Below, piece after piece: positions 34,258 to 46,109 of a stretch of DNA of 64,000 nucleotides. This DNA comes from Dictyostelium discoideum. Its lineage: Eukaryota. The notes beneath the pieces are model-generated. The model was not told the origin of the DNA and did not search any database. It saw only the letters and a list, made by a program, of their open reading frames with translations. Every line of letters starts with the position of its first letter. Within the stretch, counting starts at the first letter, position 1. Both the position numbers and the translations under genes were made by a program. The stretch covers positions 2,240,001-2,304,000 of the forward strand of contig CM000154.2 of the NCBI GenBank assembly GCA_000004695.1. Reading direction: 5' to 3'.

Positions 34258-35175
34258 TGGGGGTATGTCGTGGGGGAAAAAAAAGAAATAAAAAAAAAAA
34301 AAGGAAATTTTTTTTTATTTATTTTATTTTTATTTTTTTTTTTTTAAAATCTTGAAAAATTTAAAAATAAAAATATATAAAAAAAAAAAGTATTAAAATT
34401 AAAAAAAAAAAAAATAAATAAATAAAAAATAGTTTTTAATGGTGCTAGTTTTTATTCTATGTGTATAATTGGTTAATTAATGAATAATAAAAATAATTAA
34501 TTTTACCAACCTTTTTTTTTTTGTTTTTTTTTTTTTTTCCTTTTTTTTTTATTTTTTCTTTTTTTTTCTTTTTTTTTTTTTTCAAAAAAATTTTTGGATT
34601 GAGGGGTACTTTAATATGAGCTGGTATCATTTATTTAAAAAATTATATCCAAATTAACTTCTATGGTTCATTAGAAAATGCAACGTCGAGTTCAGGAAAA
34701 AAAAAAAAAACAGTTAGGAATTTTGTAAATTTTGATGGTGTGACACATTTGATAGAGCCAATTATTTGAAATTTTCATCAAGATATTTTTTTTTAAAGTT
34801 TTTATATTTTTTTTTTTTTTTTTCATAAAAAAGTGATTTGCCTTTTCACGTAAAACGAAAAAAAGTGAACAGTAAAATGGTCAATTATTAATATAAAAAG
34901 AAAAAATGCCTCAATCTGATTAATTCACAAGATAAATAAGTATCACTTCTTTATTAGAAACTAATTTACCGAGATATTTCAAATGCAAAAATTAAAAATA
35001 AAATAAAATATAAAAAAAAAAAATAAAGACTATTATCACACAAATTATTTTTCAAATAAATAAAGATTTTTTTTTTTTGTATAATTTTTTTAATTCATTT
35101 ATTTTTTTTTTTTTTTTTTCAAATAAATAAATAATCAAAAAAAAAAAAAAAATAATTATGAAAATAAAAAATATT

Positions 35176-35247
35176 AATAAAGAAAAAAAAAAATATTTTT
35201 TATGCATATTTAAAAAATTAATAGAAGTGTAATATTATGGAATGAGT

Positions 35248-35283
<36 letters not shown>

Positions 35284-35367
35284 AATTAAAAATAAAGAAA
35301 AAAAAAAAATATTTTTTGTACATATTTAAAAAATTAATTAATAGAAGTGTAATGAAATGGGAGTGGT

Positions 35368-35375
<8 letters not shown>
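35176..35375. repeat. Tandem duplication of an ~83-bp unit (period ~116 bp), 180-380 bp upstream of the Cys-rich protein gene
   Basis: aataaagaaaaaaaaaaatattttttatgcatatttaaaaaattaatagaagtgtaatattatggaatgagtggtaaaaaaa is matched by aataaagaaaaaaaaaaaatattttttgtacatatttaaaaaattaattaatagaagtgtaatgaaatgggagtggtaaaaaaa. Confidence 0.8.
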
Positions 35376-35398
<23 letters not shown>

Positions 35399-35553
35399 AA
35401 AAATTTGAAAAATAAATCTTGAGAATTGGTTTAAAATTATTATTATTATAATTATTTATTATTTATTATTAATAGATTTATACTAAAAAAAAAAAAAATT
35501 AAAAAAATTAAAATAAAAGAATATTCTTTTTCTTTGGTAAAATTAAAATTAAA

Positions 35554-37122
35554 ATGATTAATGGTTTTTGTTGTTGTCATAGTGGTTTTAATGAAAACAT
35601 TAAAAATTTTAAAATTTACAGCAATAACAATAACAACAACAATAACAATAAAATTTATTTAATTTTAATTTTAATATTATCAATTTATATTAAAGATTGC
35701 AATGGGCAGGTAAGACCAGAATTACCAAGGAATAGACCACCACCTATTACAACATTAGCATGTAGTCTCAATAGTTGTTCAGAACAAGGCGAACCATGTA
35801 GTTTTAATTTATCAAGTGGTTCAAGTGGATTTACATGTTATGTTGCAGATCGTTGTAAAAATGGGACATGTGTACCAAGTTTACAACAGGGCGAAGTATG
35901 TATAGATAGTGATGAATGTAATTTAGGTTACTCATGTGTTACAGAGTTATCAAATCTCTCATTTACACTACCCAATAAAACCAAAACTTGTGAACCTTCT
36001 TTCTTTTCTGAATATGGTGGCCCTTGTAGGCGTGCAACAGATTGTTTAAATAGTTTAGATTGTATTAATGGTACTTGTAGTACTCCACTTTATGGTTGTT
36101 TGTCTGATTTATCTTGTGATAGAAATTCAATTTGTGTTAATGCAACATGTGTTTATAGACCTTTAGGTGTAAGTTTTAAATATTTATAAAATCCATATAT
36201 TAAAATATTGTGTACAAATAATTTAAACATATTATTATTATTATTATTTTTTTTATATTTATCAAAAAAAAAAAAAAAAAAAAAAATAAGGAAAATGAAT
36301 GTTATATGTCAAGATCATTTGATTGTAAAAATACATATAATCCATGTACTTTAAGTAGTTTAAATGTTTCATCAATAGGTGTTTGTTTAGAGTATATACC
36401 ATTGGGAAATCCTTGTTTAACTACAAAATATTCTTGTGATTGGAGAACTGGCCAGGTTGTAAGTTGATTTTAATTATTACTTTTTTTTTTTTTTTTTTTT
36501 TTTTTTGTTTTGGAGCCTAATTTTTTTTTCTTGAAACAATTTAGTGTAGACCCCTATTTCTTGGATCAATAGTTGGTAGATGTGTAGTTGTACCAGATGA
36601 TCCAATTATTTCATGTGTAACAGCTTCAAATTGTAGACCTTATGAATTTTGCAAGTAAAGTATATCTTTAAAGATTTATTTAAAAAAAAAATCAACAGAA
36701 ATTAATACCTTTTTTTTTTTTTATTTTTTTATTTTTTTTTTTTTTTCAAATAAAATAGATGTGATTCACAATCTGGAGTTGGATATTGTGTAAAGAGAAC
36801 ATTTTTCGCAGGGAAATATTGTAGACAAGCATTTATATTATTTCTTGACTGTTATAGAACAACAAATTGTACTCAACCATTTTCATTTAATCCAACATCA
36901 TGCATATTAAGAAGTCATTGTAAAGAATTGGCAATTTGTGTTGCATCATTTTGTACTGAACCTTTATTACCAATTTCATTATGTGTGAGTAGAACTTGTG
37001 AATTATCAATTTTTAATGACTCTAGTGTTAGAACAATACTTTCATCTTCATTTAATGATCATATTATAAAACCTTGGAAATATTTTAAAATAATATTATT
37101 ATTTTTATTTTTAATTATATAA
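35554..37122 (+). CDS. Secreted cysteine-rich protein with a hydrophobic C-terminus (GPI-anchor-like), 4 exons: 35554..36168, 36291..36458, 36545..36654, 36759..37122; ~418 aa
   Basis: Exon 1 has an N-terminal hydrophobic stretch (KIYLILILILSIYI) then repeated C-x-x-G-x-C modules (CKNGTCV, CNLGYSCV, CINGTCS, CVNATCV). The introns are GTAAGT..aataag, GTAAGT..tttag (exon 2 ends CAGGTT|GTAAGT) and AA|GTAAAG..aaatag. Phases 0/0/2 are consistent and the Cys spacing continues across the junctions. It ends ...KPWKYFKIILLFLFLII*. Confidence 0.6.
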
Positions 37123-37324
37123 TATAATATAATATTTAATAATTAATTTTAAAATAACTTGAAACTTTATTGAAATAGTTATGTGTGGAACATAATTATT
37201 GAAAAAATTAAAAAAAATAAAACAAATAATAATAATAATAATAATTTCTTTATTAAAGAAAGATATCTTTTTTTTTTTTTTTATACATTTTTATTTTATA
37301 TATTTATTTATTTTTATTTGATGT

Positions 37325-40300
37325 TTATTTTTTTAAAGGCTTTGTTGTAGTAGTTGTAGTTTTTGTAGGTGTAGTTGATGAGGTAGTTGGTCTAGATGGT
37401 AATGCAGCAGATGACGGTCTGGTAGTTATAAATTTAGAAGTTGGAGTTGTTGTCGTTGTCGTTGTCGTTGTTGAAGTTGTTGGGGTTGTTCTTGATGGAG
37501 ATGATATACCAGCTGCTGAACTTGGTCTATTAATCGGTGATTTTATTGATGAGGTTGGTGGTGTTGAAGATGATGATGGTGTTTTTGGTTTCATTGGTGA
37601 AGATGAAGGAGTTGAAGATAATCTACTACCACCAATTGATGAAGATGGTGATTTTAAATTTGAAGTGGTATTACTAGTGGTTGTTGTTGTTGGTTTATTA
37701 ATAGTTCTTTGACCACCAATTGAAGATGAAGATCTTGTTGGAGATGGTGTATTTGAAACTACAGTTCTTAAAGTACCACTTGAAACATTTGTTCTATGAA
37801 CACCTAATTTATATTGAACTGAATTTGTATCTTCTTTATCATCCAATTCAGGTGGAGCAGGAGTACCAGATCTTAAAATAGAGGATGGTGATCTTGAGTA
37901 AGGAGCAGGGGTACCAGATCTTAATGTAGACGAAGGGAAATTAATATTTTTAGTTGCTTTGATTACATTTCCTTTAATTGGTGATAATGGTTGAGACGTT
38001 TTAATTTCTCCACTATTAGTTTTATAATTTTTTTGAATTTGTAATTTTTTCATTTCATCATTGTTATTATTGTTGTTGCTATTATTATTGTTGTTTGAAT
38101 CATCTTGAGATTGATTAATTTTATCAATATCAGAAGCAGTGATAACTGAATTATAACGAATTAAGAAATCTTTTAAAGTCATCCAACCACCACCAACTCT
38201 AACTACTATCATATTGTTTACACAACGCATATTAACGATTGAATCACCCCATTTATATTTATTTGCAGATAATCTAACGATTTTATTTGGTACAACGATT
38301 GATGGTGGTAAAATATTCTTCATTGTGTTATTTAAGAATTCACCAAAAATTCTATCAGTTTGATCAGATGCAACACTTGAATATTTTGGATAATTTGAAA
38401 CTGAACTATAGGATCTATGATAGGAATAATCCTTTTTAATAATTTCTCTCTTTGGTTGATTACTTTCATTTGAAATATCAATATCAACATCTAAATCCTC
38501 CATTGGAGGTGGTGATTCATCATCCTCAGGAATATTTGAAATTGTTGAGGAGGTGGTTGCTGTTGTAGTTGGTTCAGTATTTTTATAAGTTGTAGATGAA
38601 CTATTACCATTTGAAATAGCATTACTTAAATTACTTAATGATGAAGATGGCCTTTTAAGTAATGATGGTTGTGGTTGTTTAGATGGTGATGACATTGGTG
38701 TTGTAGTTGGTGAAGGTAAAGGTGTTGTAATAGTTGTAGTTGTAATAGTTGTAGTTGTTTGATATGATTTTGTTGGTGTTGATGATGATGATGATGGAGA
38801 CATCGTTGCCTTTTTAGCCTCTTCAACCACTACATTTGCAGCTAATGTTCTCTTTTTAGTTGGAGTTTGTAATTTAGATGGTTTTGGTGTTTTACTTGGT
38901 GATGATACTGGAGTAGTAACTGGAGTTGTAATTGGTGATGTCTCTGATTTTTCTGGTGGAATTGTAATGGTTGTAGTAGTGATTGTAGTGGTTGCAGTAT
39001 ATGTTTTTTGAGGAGTTGTTGGTGGGGTCGATAAAATTGAAGAGGATGATGGTGATGATAAAGTTGTAGTTGAAATTGGTGCTTTAATACCAGAGGTAAG
39101 TGGTTTCTTTAATTTTGATGAGGAAGATGATGAAGTTGCTTTTAAATTTGTCAATGATGAAGAAGTTGATGAAATTATCTTTGAATTATTTTTAATTATC
39201 TCCTCTTCCGTTTCACTTGATAAAGAAGAAGTAGATGATGATTTATATGTCAAAATCTTTGAATTTGAAGCTGATTCATTAATAATACTACTATCATTAT
39301 TTTTCTTACTATTTACATTTGTAGTATTTGATTCAATTAATGATGAGGATGTGGATGATAAAGATGATAACTCAATTTTCTCTGTTATTATTTCAGGTTT
39401 ATTTTCATTAATTGCCAAAGAGGAAGAAGAAGAAGAAGAAGAGGTAGAACTAATTTCTTTTTCTTGAGTGAAGGAATCTGATGTAATTTGAATAGTTGAT
39501 TCTTGTTCTTTAATGAGTTTACCAATTAAGTTATTTTTATTACTTGTTTTGGTTTGTTGAGTAAGTTGTTCTTGTTCTTGTTCTTTTTGAATTTTCAATT
39601 GTTGATGAATGTCTTCTTCTTCAATTAATGAAGATGATGATGAAGATGATGCAGAGGATATTGATGAAGATGTTGTTGTAATTGATGCAGATGAAGATGC
39701 GGTTTTTGTAGTTGTTGTTGTTGACGACTCTGTGATAATAAGAGTTGATTCTGATTGTTGTAATTGTGCCATTGAATATGTTGATGAGGACGATACTGAT
39801 GATGATGATTGAATATTTTCAACAATAGAACTATCTTGAGAAAAGGATTGGGTTTGGATCGTTTCATTAACTTTATTCTCTTGTTTGGAAATAATTTCTA
39901 AATTTTCAATTGTTTCCAATTGATTTCTATCAATATCCATTAAAGAATTCTTTGAAATTATAATTTCTTCATCCTCAGTTTTATTATCATTTTGAGATTG
40001 TTTTTCAATTTCTTCAATATCACTTGAACTATTTTCTAATACAATTAAATCTTGAGTTTTTTCATTAATTTCTACATCTTCTTTTATTTCTTCTGTATCA
40101 ACTATTATTGTATTATTATTACTTTCATTCACAACTTCATTAATTTTATTTACAATTTCATTTTCATTTTCATTTTCATTTTCATTTTCATTTTCATTTT
40201 CATTTTCATTTTCATTTTCATTTATCATTGGATGGTCTTTAATTAAAATTTCTTGAATTGAAATCTCTTCAATTTCTTCTATTTCCTCTACTTGTTTGTT

Positions 40301-42094
40301 TTCTACTTCTTCTTTTTCATTTTCATTTTTAATTTCATCAAATTGTTGATTTGATTGTAATAAAGAATCTTCAGAATCATTGATATTAATATCACCAACA
40401 CTAGAGGAAAGGTCTTGGAATTCAACCTCACTACTATCAAGTGATTCATCATTTGTATCAAAGTCTGTAGTTTCAGATTCAAGTTCTTTGGTTAATTCAA
40501 GTTTTTGATCCTGTTGATTTGAGAGAATTTCTTTCTCTTTATCTTCTTTTTCTTTTTCTTCTTCTTCTTTTTGAGGTGGTTGTTGTTGTTGTTGTTGTTC
40601 AGTTTCTTGTTCAGTTGAAATTTCACTATCTAATTGACTGATAATATCATCAGTTTCATCTCTAATAAATAATTCATTATCACCTTCTTCTTCAACAAAT
40701 GTACCCATCATATTAAATGCTTCATCAAATGTAGATTCAATAAATTCCTCTTCTTCCTCTTCCTCTTCATCATCATAATCTTCATATTCATCATCACCCT
40801 CATCTTCATCACTTTTGAATGATGGTATTGGATTATATTGACCAGAGCTTGGTCTTGATGATGATGGTGAAGAAGAAGTTGAAGAAGATGGAGAGTATGG
40901 TTTAGTGATTTCTTTTGAATTTCTTTTACTATTTAAACCTCTAGCAATACCCAAGAAAGATGAAATTGTACTCTTCTTTTTCAATTCCTCTTGTTCTTGT
41001 TTTTCTTTTTCTAATCTTTCTTTTTCTAATCTTTCATTTTCTTCTTTTTCTAATCTTTCTCTTTCTAATCTCTCTTGTTCTTCTCTTTCCAATCTTTCCT
41101 TCTCTTCTTTTTCTTTTCTTAATTTAATTGTATTCTTTCTCTTTCTCATTACTAATGTTGGTGGTAATGGTATATCAACTTGTGATGTTAAATAATTTTC
41201 TAATTGTTGTTGATCTTTTTGTTCTTCTGTTAATATTGAAGTTTCATTTAAATCTTTTGATAAAATTTTTTCATTTGACGATGATGATGATGAAGATGAA
41301 GATAAAGAAGATAAAGATGATGTTGAAGAATTATTTGATACTTTTACATTATTATTATTATTATTAGTATTGGTATTATTATTATTACTACTACTACTAC
41401 TACTATTTGAAGATTCATTATTAAAATGAGTAATCATTAATTTATGTTTAAAACCTCTTTTTGAACCTTGAATTGATAAAGCTAAAAGACAATAGATAAC
41501 TTTTTTAAGATTCTTTTTTTCATAGAGATCAGTTGGTAAGAAGAGACAATTTGAGGAAACACCCAATTCTAAGCATGCACATAAAAAGAAATTAATATTT
41601 TCAAGTTTCATATAGGATGGACCTTTTTTACCATGAATTTTCTTTACAATGCCTGGTTTAATAATGTTGACCAATTTACATAACCAAATACCATCGACTA
41701 GAGCATTAAATAAATCTTCTTCTTCAAATAGAGTATCGAAAATATCTTCTAACCATGCTCTAACTTCTTCACGATTATATAAGAATGCATAATCATCCCA
41801 TGCTCTTCTTTTAGCTGTTAATCTATTTGTATCTTTTGGTTTAAATAAAATAATATCAACATCTGAATCATCATCTTTTGAAGTTGAAGTTGAAGTTGAT
41901 GAAGTTGATGATGATTTATCAGGCGATTGAATCTCATCAGCTTTTTGAACTAATTGATTTGGTGATTGTTCTGGTGGAAATTCTGTTAATGAAATTAATG
42001 ATCTTTGTGATTTCATTCTACCATAAAAATCAACTGGTGTTGAAGGTAATGGTGAATTTTCAACATTTACTAATTTTTCTGGAATTCTTGCCAT
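37325..42094 (-). CDS. GAS2-like cytoskeletal linker: N-terminal calponin-homology (CH) domain, long acidic/coiled-coil/Ser-Thr-rich middle, C-terminal GAR (GAS2-related) domain; 1589 aa
   Basis: Single ORF with ATG at 42092-42094. The CH domain is ..KRRAWDDYAFLYNREEVRAWLEDIF...DGIWLCKLVNIIKPGIVKKIHGKKGPSYMKLENINFFLCACLELGV...DLYEKKNLKKVIYCLLAL. The GAR motif near the C-terminus is ...VRLSANKYKWGDSIVNMRCVNNMIVVRVGGGWMTLKDFLIRYN. Internal coding repeats include (CATTTT)n giving ENENEN, and ERLEREEQERLEKERLEKE. Confidence 0.75.
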   Translation of the reverse strand: MARIPEKLVNVENSPLPSTPVDFYGRMKSQRSLISLTEFPPEQSPNQLVQKADEIQSPDKSSSTSSTSTSTSKDDDSDVDIILFKPKDTNRLTAKRRAWDDYAFLYNREEVRAWLEDIFDTLFEEEDLFNALVDGIWLCKLVNIIKPGIVKKIHGKKGPSYMKLENINFFLCACLELGVSSNCLFLPTDLYEKKNLKKVIYCLLALSIQGSKRGFKHKLMITHFNNESSNSSSSSSNNNNTNTNNNNNNVKVSNNSSTSSLSSLSSSSSSSSSNEKILSKDLNETSILTEEQKDQQQLENYLTSQVDIPLPPTLVMRKRKNTIKLRKEKEEKERLEREEQERLERERLEKEENERLEKERLEKEKQEQEELKKKSTISSFLGIARGLNSKRNSKEITKPYSPSSSTSSSPSSSRPSSGQYNPIPSFKSDEDEGDDEYEDYDDEEEEEEEEFIESTFDEAFNMMGTFVEEEGDNELFIRDETDDIISQLDSEISTEQETEQQQQQQPPQKEEEEKEKEDKEKEILSNQQDQKLELTKELESETTDFDTNDESLDSSEVEFQDLSSSVGDININDSEDSLLQSNQQFDEIKNENEKEEVENKQVEEIEEIEEISIQEILIKDHPMINENENENENENENENENENENEIVNKINEVVNESNNNTIIVDTEEIKEDVEINEKTQDLIVLENSSSDIEEIEKQSQNDNKTEDEEIIISKNSLMDIDRNQLETIENLEIISKQENKVNETIQTQSFSQDSSIVENIQSSSSVSSSSTYSMAQLQQSESTLIITESSTTTTTKTASSSASITTTSSSISSASSSSSSSLIEEEDIHQQLKIQKEQEQEQLTQQTKTSNKNNLIGKLIKEQESTIQITSDSFTQEKEISSTSSSSSSSSLAINENKPEIITEKIELSSLSSTSSSLIESNTTNVNSKKNNDSSIINESASNSKILTYKSSSTSSLSSETEEEIIKNNSKIISSTSSSLTNLKATSSSSSSKLKKPLTSGIKAPISTTTLSSPSSSSILSTPPTTPQKTYTATTTITTTTITIPPEKSETSPITTPVTTPVSSPSKTPKPSKLQTPTKKRTLAANVVVEEAKKATMSPSSSSSTPTKSYQTTTTITTTTITTPLPSPTTTPMSSPSKQPQPSLLKRPSSSLSNLSNAISNGNSSSTTYKNTEPTTTATTSSTISNIPEDDESPPPMEDLDVDIDISNESNQPKREIIKKDYSYHRSYSSVSNYPKYSSVASDQTDRIFGEFLNNTMKNILPPSIVVPNKIVRLSANKYKWGDSIVNMRCVNNMIVVRVGGGWMTLKDFLIRYNSVITASDIDKINQSQDDSNNNNNSNNNNNNDEMKKLQIQKNYKTNSGEIKTSQPLSPIKGNVIKATKNINFPSSTLRSGTPAPYSRSPSSILRSGTPAPPELDDKEDTNSVQYKLGVHRTNVSSGTLRTVVSNTPSPTRSSSSIGGQRTINKPTTTTTSNTTSNLKSPSSSIGGSRLSSTPSSSPMKPKTPSSSSTPPTSSIKSPINRPSSAAGISSPSRTTPTTSTTTTTTTTTPTSKFITTRPSSAALPSRPTTSSTTPTKTTTTTTKPLKK

Positions 42095-42134
42095 TTCTTT
42101 TTTTTATTTATTTATTTCTATTTGTTTTCTATTT

Positions 42135-42170
<36 letters not shown>

Positions 42171-42279
42171 GAATTATTATTTTATTTTATTTTTTTTTTT
42201 TTTAAATAAAAAAAAAAATTTCAAATTTTATCCATAAATCTATAAATTTTATATTTGGTTATTCTTTATTATTTCTATA

Positions 42280-42311
<32 letters not shown>

Positions 42312-43369
42312 TTTTTTTTTTTTTTTGCCTTATTGATTGATGTTTTTATTTGATTTTTGAGTTTTTGATTTTTTTTTTTCTTTTTTTTCTTTTCTGGAAA
42401 AAAAAAAAAAAAAAATTATTATTTATTATAGTAAAAGTAGTTTTTATATAGTAATTTAATTTGAATACATTGATAAAATTGGTTATGTGGGGACAATGAG
42501 AAAAAAAAAAAAAAAAAAAATAATAAAAAAAAAAAAGACAAAAAAGACTCGCAAAATTTAAAAAAAAAAAAATAAAAAAAAAAAAGTTTTCAAATAATTT
42601 TTTCTTGAAATAAAAGATATTTTATGATGATGTGGAATTTTCTGCGTTTTTTTTGATGAAAAAGAAAATAATGATGATAAAAAAAAAATAAAAAAAAAAC
42701 AAAAAAAAAAATAACAAAACAAAAAAAAAAAAAATTAATAAAATTAAATAAAATGAAATAATTTTAAAATATATTTTAATTTAAATCATTTTTTTATTTT
42801 TGATTGTGGTGGTTGTGTTTGTTCCAAAAAAAAAAAAATAAAAAAATAAAAAAAAAAAAAACCAAAAATAAAAAAAAAAAGGGGGGATCTAACCAATTTT
42901 ATTTTTCCCTTTAAATATCCTCTAACTTACCTTTTTTTTTTTTCTATATAAATTACAAATAAATTTCAAAAATAATAAAAATGATAATTTTGTTTTTTTA
43001 TTTTTGTTACTTTTACTAAAAAATTGTTTTTATAATTTTATATCTTTACAAATTCCATTTTTTTTATTTTTTTTATTTTTTTTTTTTTATTTTAATTTTT
43101 TTTTATAAATTCTTAAATCTAAAAATAACTTTTTGTATAGATTTAGGTTTTAATAATATTATTAATGATAATTTAAATTTAGTAAGTAAACACACCAGAC
43201 AGTTTATTTTTTTTTTTTTTATTTTTTTTTTTTTTTTTTTTTTACCACTACCCCAAACCTTTCATTTTTCACCTTTTTTTTTTTTTTTTTTTTTTTTTTT
43301 ATTTTTATAATTTTTTAAAATTCATTTTTATTATTTCATTATTTTATTTTATTAATTTTTTAAAAAACA

Positions 43370-44584
43370 ATGTTTAAAATTACTATGGCAAAATCAACAA
43401 ATAATACTGCAATATCAAGTGCATTAAATTCATTAAAACAAAATTATACACCATCAAATATTGTATCATTATATAGTAAAACAGCATTAGAATTAAAAGA
43501 TGCAAAAGAATTTTATGGAAAATCCTATTATCCCGGTCAATTAGTGCCAAACTTTTATCAAACCAAATATGAAGCAGAACAAGATGACACTGACAATAGT
43601 AGTAGTGATATTGTTATTGACGAAAAATTTAAAATAGTATTACAAACTCAACAACAACAACAGCCCCAACAAGAAATAGAAGATACAAATGTTTTTAATA
43701 TTAATCAATATTTCCAAGGTTTGAAATCGATTTTATTCGGCAACCAAATCATTCACTCTAAATTATTATCATCAACACAATCATTATCATTGAAATATCT
43801 ATCAAATACTAAACAGGGTATTGTGGTAGTATCAGACCAGCAGACCAATGGTAAAGGCAGGGGCGGCAATCAATGGGTGTCGCCAATGGGGTGTCTATTA
43901 TATTCATTCAAATGTAAACAAACCGATGGTACTAAACTACCATTCCTCCAATACGTAGCAGGTTTAGCACTCATTGAAGCAATTCATTCATTTCCAATCG
44001 CATCAGATTTAAACGTTCGTCTAAAATGGCCAAACGATATCTACGATGGTGATAGTAATTTAAAAATTGGTGGTATCTTATGTCAATCGAATTACTTTGA
44101 TAATCAATTCGATATCACAATTGGTATTGGTCTAAATGTTACAAATTCAAGTAACCCAACAATTTCAATTAATGAAATGATTTTTAAAAAAGAAAACAAA
44201 AAAACAACAACAACGACAACAACAACAACAACAACAATAACAACCACACCAACAACTACACCCACACCAATTTATATTAGTAGAGAATCATTATTATCAA
44301 GGTTTTTTAATGTTTTTGAAGAAATTTATCTAACATTTACAAGAGATGGTTTTAGAACATTAGAAAAGAGATATACTGATGCTTGGTTACATAGTGGTTC
44401 AGTTGTACAAATTAAAGAGAAAAACAATCAATATGTTAAAATCATTGGTATAACAGAGAATGCCTTTTTAAAATCAATTGAATGTGATTCAAATGGTAAT
44501 CAAACTTCAAATATTATACATGAATTACATCCAGATGGTACTTCATTTGATATTGAAAATTTAATTTTAAAAGAAAAAAAATAA
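43370..44584 (+). CDS. Biotin-protein ligase (holocarboxylase synthetase / BirA catalytic-domain family), 404 aa
   Basis: BPL signature ..VVVSDQQTNGKGRGGNQWVSPMGCLLYSF.. (GRGRxGxxWxSPxG-type motif), then ..LKWPNDIYDGDSNLKIGGILCQS.. typical of the BPL_LplA_LipB fold. Single exon with an ATG start. A poly-Thr insert sits near the C-terminal domain. Confidence 0.7.
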   Translation: MFKITMAKSTNNTAISSALNSLKQNYTPSNIVSLYSKTALELKDAKEFYGKSYYPGQLVPNFYQTKYEAEQDDTDNSSSDIVIDEKFKIVLQTQQQQQPQQEIEDTNVFNINQYFQGLKSILFGNQIIHSKLLSSTQSLSLKYLSNTKQGIVVVSDQQTNGKGRGGNQWVSPMGCLLYSFKCKQTDGTKLPFLQYVAGLALIEAIHSFPIASDLNVRLKWPNDIYDGDSNLKIGGILCQSNYFDNQFDITIGIGLNVTNSSNPTISINEMIFKKENKKTTTTTTTTTTTITTTPTTTPTPIYISRESLLSRFFNVFEEIYLTFTRDGFRTLEKRYTDAWLHSGSVVQIKEKNNQYVKIIGITENAFLKSIECDSNGNQTSNIIHELHPDGTSFDIENLILKEKK

Positions 44585-44636
44585 AAGAATAATGATGATG
44601 ATTTACAACATTTTTTGTTTGGTTTCTTTTGTTTTT

Positions 44637-45502
44637 TTATTTATCTTCTTTATGTTTAATTATACCATTATCAACTAAATGTGGTACTTCGGCTGCTAAC
44701 CAAGGTGCTAAACCTAATGCTAATGCATGTGCAATCCCAAAATGTGGTACATTTCTTGACCATAATGGTTTAAAATGAATAGTTAAACAAATTTTACCAC
44801 CTCTATACATTTTCTCTGTTTTACCATCTAATTCTGGAATTGCAATTTCTGGTGCTGTTTCTGGATATGTTACTGGCATCTAAAAATATATATTAAAATT
44901 TATATTTTTAAAAAATAAAAATAAAAATAAAAATAAAAAATAATAACTTACATCAAATTCCAGATCAAATTCATATTTTTTAAAATTATAAATATACCAA
45001 CATTTTCCTTGCCATCTAAATATAGTAATGTGTGGTGTGTGTGTGTGTGTGTGTGTGTATAGATATTATTAAATAATTTTTGTTAGCAATTTTAAAAAAT
45101 TTAATAAAGATGATATTTCCAGTTTATTTTTTTATTTTTATTTTTTTATTTTTTTTATTTTTTATTTTTTTATTCTTTATTTTATTACCTACCTTGTTCC
45201 TAATGGATTTGACTCGATATTAAACCAATCATTATCTGCTTTTTTATTAATTTCAACATACTAAATCGTTTTGAAAAAGATAAAATAATAAAATAATAAA
45301 AAAAAAAAATAAAAAAAAAATGAAAAAAATAAAAAATTTAGTATAAGCGAGTAAAAAAATGATCAAAGTTATTATTTTTTACTTTTATTAATGCTTGATA
45401 TTCTTCTTTTAATCTATCAATCCACTTATCACCATCTCTAGGTCCTGCCTTTACTGTTAATAATGGAATTTGTTGAACTGTTTGTTTGGTGTGGTTATCC
45501 AT
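44637..45502 (-). CDS. ufc1: UFM1-conjugating enzyme 1 (UFC1), 4 exons: 45383..45502, 45193..45260, 44952..45015, 44637..44879; ~164 aa
   Basis: Collinear with human UFC1. Exon 1 [40 protein letters not shown] matches [41 protein letters not shown]. Exon 2 is [22 protein letters not shown](R). Exon 3 is [21 protein letters not shown]. Exon 4 is [62 protein letters not shown].., with the active-site Cys in KICLT. Donors are GTAAAA, GTAGGT and GTAAGT; all phases are consistent. Confidence 0.85.
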
Positions 45503-45553
45503 TTATTGGGTTATTTTTAACTTTTTGTTTTTAAACAATTAATTTTTAATTTA

Positions 45554-45590
<37 letters not shown>

Positions 45591-46109
45591 AAAAAAAAAA
45601 AAAAAAAATTTTGAATAAATATTTTTTGTTTGTATCTTAATTACTTTAAATAAGTAAGCTGGTTGAGAAATATAAGATAATTGAATATTTGTAAAAAATT
45701 ATTTCTTAAAATTAAATTTTTTTTTTTTTTTTTTTTTTTAAATAATTAATATTAATATTTGGTTTTTTAATTTTTTAATTTTGGTAAAAGAAAAATTTTG
45801 GTAACCTTTAATTTATATTAAACAATATTAAATTTCCAGTTTTATCAATTAAGGAATTCAATTAATTTTTTTTTTTTTTTTTTTTTGGGTTTTTTTTTTT
45901 TTTTTTTTAAATGGAAAAAAGAAATAAAAAAAAAAAATAAAAAAAATAAATTTTTTAATCTAATAAATTAAAAAATTTTATTTTATTTTTATTTTTATTT
46001 TTTTTTTTAATTTTTATTTTTTTTTTTATTATAATTTATCCTTTTCACACAAATTCACTATTTAATTTAATTTTTTTTTTTTTTTTTTTTTTTAATCATT
46101 AATGCAAAA

